Source: Selaginella moellendorffii
Taxonomy: Eukaryota > Plantae > Lycopodiophyta
Reading direction: 5' to 3'
Assembly: GCF_000143415.4 (NCBI RefSeq)
Contig: NW_003314341.1
Location: 646,394 to 710,393, forward strand
DNA length: 64,000 nt
The translations under genes and the position numbers were made by a program. Below are positions 12,203 through 23,341 of this stretch, in pieces. The notes under the pieces were generated by a model. It was given only the letters and a program-made list of their open reading frames with translations. It had not been told where the DNA came from and searched no databases. How positions within the stretch are numbered: position 1 is the first letter of the stretch; every line of letters begins with the position of its first letter.

Positions 12203-12648
12203 AGCTAAGCTCTCTTTCGTTAAAGTGGGAATTGTCATTATCCCACTTGTAAAATAAGGTTTCCAAACCTTTATATAGTATATAAATATAACAAAATTCA
12301 ATTGCATTGAGGCACATGCCATTTTATTTTAAACAAGGAAATGTCTACTCAATCACTTCTCCTCCCCCTGCCACTGCTTCACCTCTCTCTTCTCCTTGTC
12401 ATCGTCGTCCAATTTCTTTCCATCCTTTTAATATTGGCTCAGTTGCTCCGAGTTTAGGTGGAGCCCAAGTCCCCATTCAATCTTTACTTTCCCCTTATTA
12501 ATAAAACAACTTCGTAGACTTCCAATAACATGCTGTAACACTTCTAGTATAATGCAAATCCTCTCAAAGAATTGTCTTTTAATATTAATACAATGGCATG
12601 GAACCCCATGCCATAATAAGTTACATTTTTAAATAAATACATGCCATC

Positions 12649-13533
12649 TCAGACTGTTATTTTTTGCCTCCAACGCCTATACAATAATCTTGGAATTTCA
12701 TCACTCTCCACACTATCAGGATTTAAACCCAATAGTAATGCCATCTCTTCTCTAATACGTCCACGCTCATGTTCAGTGGTCGAAGAACCCATCCGGTTGA
12801 GCAGATTATGGAGATGCGGATAGTGCTTGGCTAGACAATATACATGCCATAAATGATGACTGGTGTCTGTCCGATCAAATGGCTTCTGATATACCGTTCC
12901 ATCTGCCATTTGGTTGATTTCTGCAGCCACCTCCTGGACTGGCCGGTTCTCTATCACCATCGCTCCAAGCCGTTTTGCAAGGTCCCCTAGAACATACGGT
13001 TTCTTCTCCCTAGTTTCCATATTGCAAGAGATGGGGTGCACTGCATATGTGTGCGTGTTCGCTGTAGTTTTAATTGGCGAGTCATCGATGATGAGGATTT
13101 CACTTGACCTAGCAGTCCGGTTCATCACTACAGCCTCTGGCTTGACGAAGATGGGCTTGCTACCCCTCACATGGACCATAGTCAAGCAATCCTCCTGCAT
13201 TAGGAGAAAGTCAAATGGTAATATTACTCGCGTCTGATTGTGCATCATCTGTAGCAATGTTAATGCATTGTGGCATATCATGGATGTCCAAACTCCCAAT
13301 TGCAAATTGAACCCGGCCCTCTGTTTTAAGTGTCGCATGGTCATTATTAGATCCCGCAGTTTCTCCCGTGTGATTAATGTGAATCTGTCTCTTTTGACCA
13401 ACTTGCGACCGCAGGCTTTGGAGGGTGCAGTGACATTCGAGGACGAGCCACGCTCATGGGACAAAAGGACACCGTTTAGATCAAAAACGATACAGTACCT
13501 TCGCCGTGACTCTGAAATGAAATGCGTCAGCAT
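12649..13533 (-). CDS. Transposon-borne FCP1/NIF-like HAD phosphatase domain (probable last exon of the accessory gene)
   Basis: Open 294 aa; IVFDLNGVLL (motif I), LGVWTS (II), QEDC...KPIFVK (III), ILIIDDSP.K...N (IV). Confidence 0.78.
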   Translation of the reverse strand: MLTHFISESRRRYCIVFDLNGVLLSHERGSSSNVTAPSKACGRKLVKRDRFTLITREKLRDLIMTMRHLKQRAGFNLQLGVWTSMICHNALTLLQMMHNQTRVILPFDFLLMQEDCLTMVHVRGSKPIFVKPEAVVMNRTARSSEILIIDDSPIKTTANTHTYAVHPISCNMETREKKPYVLGDLAKRLGAMVIENRPVQEVAAEINQMADGTVYQKPFDRTDTSHHLWHVYCLAKHYPHLHNLLNRMGSSTTEHERGRIREEMALLLGLNPDSVESDEIPRLLYRRWRQKITV

Positions 13534-13589
13534 AAAAAATGGTACAAGTCAATTTTACCATCTACAATATTAGCGAATGGTGCTCCCGA

Positions 13590-16500
13590 TGGTCATTGAG
13601 AGGGTTTTGGTCGAGGAAACGTGAAGGGCGGAAATACTCTCCTCTGCAATGTGGGGTCAATCGCATCCGATGGCGTGTGGGCACATGCCATTTCAGTTGT
13701 AGACTCTGGTACAACTGGCTCAACAGTGGCATGGGGTGGTTCCGATGGTGTGTGATCACACACCATTTCAGCTGGTGCCTCTGTTGGCAAAGTGGACATG
13801 ACCGAATAGGCAGCAGGGGTGGTGTAGGGAGGTTCCAACGGCGCGTAATCAAACGATTGGGCACACGTTGAGTCCGTTGGAAATGAGAATACGACCGGCT
13901 CGGCAGCTGGGGCAGCCTCATGCGGGTCCAATGGCGCCTGGTCACCGTCAGTTGGATATGTGGACAAGATTGACTCAGTGGTATGGGCAGCATCAAGTGG
14001 AGCGTGGTCAGCTTGCTTGGCGTTGATATAGATAGTAGCCTCCACCAGCTCTGATGACTCTTGCAGGCAAATAGAGTCCACTGGCGGATCCATATGCATG
14101 TCCAAATATCTCCCTTCGATTGAGATGGTATCCTCCCTACTGGCTACTAAAAACAAACTCATTAGCACATTGAATTGACTATACTGTATTTACCATCAAC
14201 TGCTATTGAGGAACTAGGACCGATATCACTTGGGCGCACTGCTAATTCTGAAGGATTGGACATACGTTTCGACCCTTGCTTGGCACTATCCTTCCTCGAC
14301 ACTAAAGGCTAGAGTTTGTATCTTAATTCAACTGAATAATCTCTACTTACCATTTGCTTTGCGACCTACATGGACAATGTTAGAAATGGTAAAAGGTTAG
14401 GAATGGATGTACTATTATTTACCTGATGGTTTGTCTTGTATGACCTTCCTCCGCTGCTCTTTGGCCACCTCAGGCTGGCCATCGTCGTCATCATCGTCGT
14501 CATCGTTATTGTGATCGTCACCATTGTGAGGACCATCCAAGTCCTCTTCGTCCTCCTCTTCTTCGTCCTCCTCTTCTTTGTCCTCCTCTTCGTCCTTCTG
14601 CTCTTCCTGCTCATTATCTTTCTCTGGCTCCTCATCCCCCTCCTGCATTTCTTCCATAGGCTGCTCAGGCTAGATGGCTTGTTCTTCCAGGACCATCTTG
14701 GGAAAATCATCTGGCTGAGTCTCCATCTCAAAATACAAGACATCCATAGCCTGTTTTAGTGCGTGACCTAGGACCGTATCCTCACCCGACTGTCTTAACA
14801 TGGTTTCTGCACGTTCTTGCACCCTTCGAAGACGACGAGATGAGAAAAACGTGGCCTTGACTTGAAAAGCATCCCTCATCCATTGTACCTCTCCATTGAG
14901 ATTGGGGAAGGGGAGTCCGCCATAGGAATCTGAGTCAGGAGGTGGTGACTGGCTGCTTTCACTCAGCCCTTGATCTGCAATGAATGGCATGAGCACACAC
15001 GCCATAACCGCGAGGCATTGCCTATCATCTTTTCGTTGCCCTTCTTCCTTTTCGAATCAAACGCCTCTGATCCCGACGACTGTCCAACGTGCTTTCGCTT
15101 TTTATGACCACTGTCAGTTTGAGCTTGGTTGGTGCTTGCCTGTTTTGCCTTTGAAGAAGTATCTCCTGCAAGGAATGGCATGAGACCACACGCCATTGCA
15201 AATATAATTTGTACCTCCTTTTTTCCTATTGCTTGTCTGTTTGTCCTTCTTCGACGCGCCACCAGTGTGCTTTTCAGTCCTCGTGTCTGAATATTCACAA
15301 CGATCTATAATCAAAATGGCGTGAGGCCTCACGTGACCTTACCTTGTGCAGGTTGTGAGCTCGGCCCAACATGGGTATCTTCAACAGTAGCTGTTAATGC
15401 CGTTTCAGCATCTGGGGGTGGCCACGCTCCTGCATACAGAGCTTGTGAGATAACATTTAAACTTAAAGTGCGTACTCACCAGGTTCGCAAAGAAGATACT
15501 GTTTTTCTTTGGCAACTGTAATTATATGCTCCATTGAAGTCACCTCTTCAATGGAGTTTGTCACCGCAACACACATGACACCTTTGAGTAGTGCGGCTCG
15601 AAAGAATAGTCCGCCGCAGTTGTACTCGATAACGCATTTGCCCTTGGAGTCGGAAGCAGGTGACCCACCCGCTATTGCATTAAAGACCCAGCTGAGCATT
15701 TCCCATGCTGCACCTGGAGCTTTCTTTGGATTCGAAAGCTCCATAGCCGTCTTCAGTTCCTCAGGCACGGGTAAATTGACCTCCCTCAGATCAATTCGAT
15801 CGGCCTTGTCGAACGAAGCTGGGAAGTCACTCCAGTCCCACTCTGCTGCAAGACCAATAACAAGGGCGAGTGTGAAGATGCGGACATTCGTCGGTATCTT
15901 CTTTTTAGCCATTATCCCATGGATCTCCCGCATCTCCTTGCCTTTCAACCGAGCCTTCACCTCATTCAAGGCCTTCCAGAACTTGTGATAGGATTCGGAG
16001 TCATAGATCATATAGTGGACTTAAGATTCCACCTCCGCAAGTCCCACCATTAAGTCAATGATGGAGCTGACTTGGAGTGTAGTGTTCAAACCCGAGGCAA
16101 TGGCATCACCGAGTAGCTTCTTTTTTGGAGCAGGAGAGTCGGACGTCGGCTTGAGCTTGACCACCCTTTTCTACTTCGAGGTAGTTTCCAGATCGACCCC
16201 CTTCCCCTTTGCTTCGCGAACTGGAGGCACTCTCAACGGCTCAATGTTGGAATATAGTTTTTGAACATTGCCGTAGGTGAGGTCCGTGGATTCCATGTGA
16301 TCTTTATAGACCCGCAGCGTCTTTGAAATTGTGGGCCTCCTGGACAACCTCTCCCTAGCTCCCTCTAGGAATTCCTCATAGCCACTGCCCCCCTCCGGGA
16401 AGCCGCTAGGATGTGCAAAGTAGATCTTGAAGGCAGACGCTGTCTCTACCACAAGTGCCAGTCCATATTCTTGCATGGAACTGCATGGAGTGTCTGTCAC

Positions 16501-16680
16501 TTGGATGAGGATCCCCATGCATTCTTTTCTCCCACCATCTGTGTTGTACAGCCTCAGATCCTCGCCTTCCATCCCGAAAGTCCAACTGGTGAGCTCCTCC
16601 CCCTTCTCTGCATCCACATTGACAGTGGCTGGAAGAAGAACGCAATTCCTCGCCTATTCAGAAATGCACAACAATTAGAG
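13590..16680 (-). pseudogene. Upstream exons of the transposon accessory gene (globular region, Lys-rich exons, acidic tract, Pro-rich repeats), with premature stops
   Basis: Chain of minus-strand ORFs joinable in frame through introns 15287-15342, 15166-15214 and 14975-15021; D/E tract 14480-14640; APLD/TPSE repeats 13660-14010. Confidence 0.65.
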
Positions 16681-17556
16681 CTGACAGATGAAAAGCTAGC
16701 AGTTGGAAATAACGTGAGGCCACACGCCATTCACCACTGCATTAGATGTCTTGAGGCTGCATCCTAAGATGGCGTGAGGCTACACGCCATCTGTAACCGG
16801 ACTGCACTCAAGAGCCCAATCTGTGCATGCCAATGTTGCTACTGAATGGCATGTGGCCTCATGCCATTTTCTACTTGGCCTAAAAGACTTACCATTTGAA
16901 ACCGAATGGAGGCGTGACAATCGAGGCCGGACTCGCTGGCAAATGTGCACTGTGTGTGCAGCGGATCGTAGTAGCAAGGCTACTTTGCCACTTACAGTTG
17001 GAGAGTGGCGCTGAAATCTCCCGGGATGCCAAGTGGGCTGCGTGTGGGTGGCGGAGTGGGCGGTGGAGTTGGCGGCGAAGTTACAAACTGGGTGTGTCTT
17101 GAAGTGGACGCCGATGCACACGAGCGCGATGCGAGCGCGAGTGTGATGCAAGCGCGAGTGGACGCCGATGCACACGAGAAACCTATAGAGAAGGTAGATG
17201 AGCGCGAATGTGAGCGTGATTGCGAGTGGGAGTGCGATGTGAGCGCGAGTACAAAGCAAAATGCAAAACCTAACCTCACACGCGCGAAATGTCACGACGG
17301 TTGGTAATCCCGCCATGTCATCATTCCTCGGACTTGGGTGCCACCATTAATTTCTGGATCGCCGCGCGCATGCATGCACGTGAAATCCAAAAGAAATCCG
17401 CAACGTCATCATTCCTCGGACTGCATGCACGCGAAATCCAAAAGAAAGATCATGATTGGGATATCATTTAATACCCTCGCTATATTTATACCATGCATGA
17501 TTGGATATTCCAAAGCATCTTGTATTTCCAAAAATGCCAGATGTTCAGCTAAATAA

Positions 17557-18865
17557 AGAATGGTATACAATGTCTTTCTTGATGACCCTGCAAAGAAGCA
17601 TCTCGATCGGACACCACATGAGACCACACGAGCCTTACAATGTTTCAGGGGCATTTGCCATAGATCCGACCGTTATTTTGATCCAAGATTCTACAGTTTG
17701 GTGTGCATTAACCTTTCCATCGACACTGCAAAGGGACATCACAATCAGATGCGGGATCACAAGAAACTAACTTCACTAACTCTGGTTTCACCAAGATCTA
17801 CGTAAGGAGTTATGAAATGAAAGGACCCTCTCTATTGAAATGTGTTTATGGTCCTGACATATCAAAGGATTTTGCATCAAGTTCTGTATTTGCATGTTTA
17901 TCAAGCTACTGAATTGCTAAACCCTAAACCCTAAACATGTGGCAAATGCTGCGTGAAGAAAGATGCCCTTTCTGGGCAAATGCTGTAAGAGGCAGATGCC
18001 GAGCAGTTACATGGCGAATAATCTTGGTGCGGATCGCTGACATTGCATGGCAAAGTTCGAATCACTGACATGGCACAGCTGGATCGAGGCAAGGACATGA
18101 TGTGACAAAGTTCAACGTCCGACAGCAAAGTCTAGAAGCTACTCAGTTTGAAATTTGTCAGAGGAATTATAAGATTTGGTTTGTCAGAGGATTTGATGTG
18201 ACGTTCAAGCGTGTGGGCTCATGCAATTTTGATCCCAAAAAATGCACCAAAAAATGCTCGGCGTCATCTGGCGTTATCTCTTGAATGGCGTGGGGCCGCA
18301 TGCCATTTTCAGAGGCACATAGGAGTATATTCCTAGAATATTCTGACACACGCGATATTTTTTTGAGTTTTCTGGAGATCCAACCGTTAGATCGCAACTA
18401 GATTTTACAGAATGGTATACAATGTCTTTCTTGATGACCCTGCAAAGAAGCATCTCAATCGGACACCACAGAAGACCACACGAGCCTTACAATGTTTCAG
18501 AGGCACTTGCCATAGATCCGACTTTTATTTTGCTCCAAGATTTTACAGTTTGGTGTGCATTGACCTTTCCATCGACACTGCAAAGGGACATCACAATCAG
18601 ATGCGGGATCACAAGAAACTAACTTCACTAACTCTGGTTTCACCAAGATCTACGTAAGGAGTTATGAAATGAAAGGACCCTCTCTATTGAAATGTGTTTA
18701 TGGTCCTGACATATCAAAGGATTTTGCATCAAGTTCTGTATTTGCATGTTTATCAAGCTACTGAATTGCTAAACCCTAAACCCTAAACCCTAAATATGTG
18801 GCAAATGCTGCGTGAAGAAAGATGCCCTTTCTGGGCAAATGCTGTAAGAGGCAGATGCCGAGCAG
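17557..18865. repeat. ~450-bp internal direct duplication (17557-18006 and 18409-18865); further duplicated blocks 18007-18290 vs 19133-19468
   Basis: Near-identical sequence, giving near-identical 81-aa ORFs at 17560 and 18412. Confidence 0.93.
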
Positions 18866-19885
18866 ATGTATCTCAGGCTAGCGAAGGGGACAAATGAAAG
18901 CTAGCTATAAACATGACGGGATGCAAATAGATTACTAAGTTGGTCCTACAAAAATCAAAAACCATAATTGAAAACATTGAAAATGCAAAAAGAAAGGTTT
19001 ATAATATTTTTGAATTTTAAGCAACCAAAGGAATGTAAGTAGGGCATGTGTTTGTAAGTTTAAAAATGCCTCAACCACTTAAATTCCCAAGTAAATAAAG
19101 CTTTTTCTATTTTTGGTACAGGTAAACTTTATAGCGTGTGGGCTCATGCAATTTTGAACCCAAAAATGCACCAAAAAATGCTCGACTAGCATTATTCTTT
19201 GAATGGCGTGTGGCCTTATATTGCCATAAATGGACGTACACACACAGCATAATTATTCCTTTACACGGCGAATAATCTTGGCGCGGATCACTGACACGGC
19301 ATGGCAAAGTTCGAATCACTGACATGGCACAGCTGGATCGAGGCAAGGACATGATGTGACAAAGTTCAACCTCCGACAGCAAAGTCTAGAAGCTACTCAG
19401 TTTGAAATTTGTCAGAGGAATCATAAGATCTGGTTTGTCAGAGGATTTGATGTGACGTTCAAGCGTGTGTTATTTTTGAATTCTCGAACTCATTCCTAGG
19501 TCTATCATTTTTGTGCACCGTGTTCTTGGTTCCGCTGAGCGCAGTGAGCGCTGCTTGTGTAAGTGGCGTTGTGAGCTGTGGTTTATGCGTCTACAAGTGG
19601 TTGCGGCATTGCGAGCGCCATTGCGAGCGGCAGTTTATGCGAGTGGCAATTTGTGCGAGCGGCGCTACGAGCAATTGCGGTGTTGCGAGCGGCACTGTCT
19701 TTGGTGTGGCTACCGCTTCCTCTTGATATTCGGCACTTGTGCTTCCTGGTATGTTCACCATGGAATGGCTTAGGACCACATTTAGAAATGGCATGAGGCC
19801 ACATGCCATCTTGGGCCCTTGCAATTTCATGGCTAGCGTATTGTCATGTATGTTTTTACTTGCATGCAGCTGTGTGTATATCAAG

Positions 19886-20077
19886 ATGGCATGAGGCCTC
19901 ATGCCATCTTTGGCCCCTGCTAGCCTATTGCCATATTCCTTTTGCCTTGCTGCAACTGTATATATTTTTGTATGGGTGACTAGTCACGCACACAAAAATA
20001 TATACAGTTGCAGCAAGGCAAAAGGAATATAGCAACAGGCTACCAGGGGCCAAAGATAGCGTGAAGCCTCATGCCAA
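19886..20077. repeat. ~190-bp inverted repeat (hairpin) upstream of the transposase
   Basis: Arms such as ATATTCCTTTTGCCTTGCTGCAACTGTATATATTTTTGT and its exact reverse complement, centred on GTGACTAGTCAC. Confidence 0.93.
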
Positions 20078-20229
20078 TTTTGTGAATGCGAAATTTCACG
20101 TGGGTGTCAATAGCATGTTTGAATAATGGCATGTGGCCTCATGCTATTGAGGTTGTTTGGTATGTTATGATTTAGGCCATTCTCCAATCATTTTTTGTAT
20201 GGTCTTAACTTCTTTTCTGCACTTTCAGA

Positions 20230-23200
20230 ATGGCCTTCAGGGTTGGGGAAAAGGTTTACATTTTGAATGGTGGGAAGAGAGTTGCAAAAGGGACCTTTGT
20301 GTCTATGGATCGGAACTTTGTTATACACTGTCAAAGGCTTGGGGAAGGCAATGCTATTGTATTAGTAGAGACTGTCTTCGATGGGAATGTGGTCGCTATT
20401 GAACGAGGAGAGATGGTCGTCGGGGTAAATGTTGTTGTTGCCTTGAAAAATCTTCAGAAGAAAGCAGATGTTGGGGACAGCGCAAGTGCGACGCATGTTC
20501 CCTCCGTGGATCTTAAGAACCGTGCTACATGGATTCAGGCAAAGGTGTTTCTAAACAACCCCGAGGGGGAGGTGGTAGCTGAGGGCTTAGCCACAGTTGT
20601 CGATCCAAGAGATGTGGTTGCTAATCAAGAATTGGGCTGGGATGATATTGGAGTTGCGATTTTAGAGGTTGTTGACACAGAAGAAAACAGTCTGACTATT
20701 GGAAGCATTGTGCGGTGGAAATTGAGGCACTTAGTGTTTGAGAATGTGAAGGATTCACAATCAAACACCACTACAACTGATGACAGAACATCTCTTCATA
20801 GGAAAAGAAAGTACACCTTCCTAAAGCGCAGCCAAAGGGATCTGAGCAACAAACCGAAAAGGCAGAAAATGGCGATGGAGGTTCAAATGGTCTCGACAGT
20901 TGTTTGTTGCAAGAGGAGGTGCTGTCAACATGCTGATTGGGATGCTATTGAAGAGGAGAGAGCAAGATACAAGACATTGTCTTGGAAGGCAGCTCACAAT
21001 TTTGTGTATGAGGCATTACGGTCATCTGTTGATGCTTCAGAACATCAGGTGGGGGGCATGGTCTTCCAGAGGGGTTTGGTCTACATGAAGGCATGGAGAA
21101 TCATTTATGGAGTCCCTCGAACCACATTCTACAGAATCAAAACTGAGTTCGAGGAACAAAGGGTTCAACAAACAGTCCATGGGAACGACGGTACGCACAA
21201 AACCAGGGGTCATGTTGTATATGGAGAGGCAATCTTCAAGAGGTTTATCGAGACATGTAGCGAGCAGCAACCACATAAAACCCGCCTCTTGGAAGATGGA
21301 ACACGAGACACCCAACGAGTTCTCCCTTCCATGTATACCAAGGGGGCCATATTGGAAGATGTGAATCGGGAACTCCAGAGTAATGGCTACAGGAAGCTGA
21401 GCCAATCTAGATTTAGTAGATTGTGGAGCAACAGGTTCAGGGATGTGAGTATAGGAAAGTACTCCAGCTTTTCAAAGTGTGACGAGTGCACTGCTATCAA
21501 AATGGCTTTGTCGAAGAATTCTTGCAGCGCTCAAGAGCGAGAGACGTTGGTTAGAAGGCAGCTCGACCACAACATCAAGCAGAGAAGCTGCAGGACTGCA
21601 TATTATCATAACAGGATTCTCTCCATGGAGAGACCTGACTCTTACCTCTGCATCATCCACGATAAAATGGACTAGAAAAAGACGTGCTTACCTCGAATCA
21701 ATCCTGCCCCCAAAGCAATCTCTTCATCCATGCAGCTGCCTGTGTCTCTGTTTGGCATAATCGCTCATGGGCATGGTGCCCAGAACTATGGGAACTTCTT
21801 TGTACCTCTATGGGGTGGCGGGGGTGCAAAACATGATGATTGCGTCCCTAGCAAAACACTTAAGGTCTCTGCAAAGTGCGCAGACTGAGCTGAACGGCCA
21901 ACCCTTGCATAAGGCCCTTGTCGATCGAACCCCATACAGGGTTCAACTGGAGGAGCAAAGGCTTGCAGTATCGCATAGGGCCCCATGCCATCCCAGTGAA
22001 TATGTTGGCCGTCAGATTGTAGGGTTATCACGTGAGGCCTCATGCCATTCCGACAAGGCTGGTCGCCCGGTGAATGCACAGCCTCATCCAAACGAAGCAG
22101 AATCTCAAGGAAGTTCTTGCGGCCGATGTGGCCTTCCACCCCATCTTCTGCTCCAAACAGACAATGCTGGCAGTGAGAACAAAAACATGTACGTCTTCAC
22201 GTACTTGGCGATGCTTGTTGCCAAAGGCATATTTGAAACGGTTACACTTGGCTTTCTCATGGTTGGTCACACTCATGAAGACGTCGATGCCATGTTCAGT
22301 CACCTGGCAAAGTCCCTCCGGCGATCCAATGTCCTCACCCTCCCACAACTCTATGATGAATTCCAAAATTGCATCAAAGGCACTATTGAAGCTGCACTTG
22401 TGACAGAGGTTCCAGACTTTAAGGGGTTTGTAAGAGGCTACATCAGGGACGGATCCAAAACGTTGATTGGCCACTCCAAGCCTCTTTAGTTTCATTTCAG
22501 CATGCGTGACGGTGCTCCAGTGATGAGGTACAAGATGAGAGAATGGGACATAGTGTGGCTGCCAGTGGACGGCATTGAACTCTTCAAGAGAGATCCCATA
22601 ACTAGGGAACCTATGATTCCTTAGGGTTCCCCACGGCCGATGCACCCGGATGGACTCAAAGACCAGGAAAGTATAGTGGCCGGGATTAGACAGCATATTG
22701 CCTTCTGGAAGAGGGGGTTGGTGTTTGGTGGAGAATCCTATTTTCAGAGGTGCAAGCCTTTGCTAGAATACTGGGAGAAGATTATATCTACTATCCAAAA
22801 TGGGCCGGTTGTATATGAAGAATTGGAAGAGTCCTTTTGGCCAGAACCCAGAGCACCAGATAGTAGCGGAACAATGTCCTCTGGAAATGCAGTGACAGAT
22901 AATGATGTTGAAGATCACTATTGTGGGCTGAGGAACAAGAAGCCGGATTCAGCATTCAATCCAGTACAGGTCTACAAAGGAATGGTCGTGCTTGTCAGAC
23001 CCAGTAATAAAAAACAAATGATATGGGTGGGGCGGAAACTAACTCCTTCAATGTAACTGTGGAGTGGTTCAAGCCAAGTTTCGGATATATGAAGGATTGC
23101 CTAGAAAAGAGATGGGTGCTAAATCCAAAGGATCCCAGCATGAGCATATCGGTGGATAATGTTGTGCATGGTTGGATGCAGAAGCAGAGTGCCACCATCA

Positions 23201-23341
23201 CCTTGCTAGACCATGCAAGAGATGCAGCAAGAGCATTCATAACCCGGGTTCAAGGTGAGATTCATTAATATTCCTTTACTAACTTTCTAATGTATTTTAT
23301 TTCAAGGTGAACAATCCGAATCTGAATCAGAGGAGGCGTGA
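20230..23341 (+). pseudogene. Sola1-like (RNase H-fold, DDD) transposase with stops and frameshifts
   Basis: CCKRRC, HGN, FSKCDEC, IIHDKMD*KK..LP, GIIAHG, LLLQTDNAGSENKN, GFLMVGHTHEDVDAMFS; stops at 21673 and 22487. Confidence 0.75.

Noticed and set aside
17560-18657. Duplicated 81-aa ORFs
   Set aside because: No recognisable motifs; simply reflect the DNA duplication
22260-22290. GHTH as an HUH endonuclease motif (Helitron/Replitron)
   Set aside because: Context D...DN..ENKN...GHTHEDVD plus TIRs and 4-bp TSD fits an RNase H-fold cut-and-paste transposase
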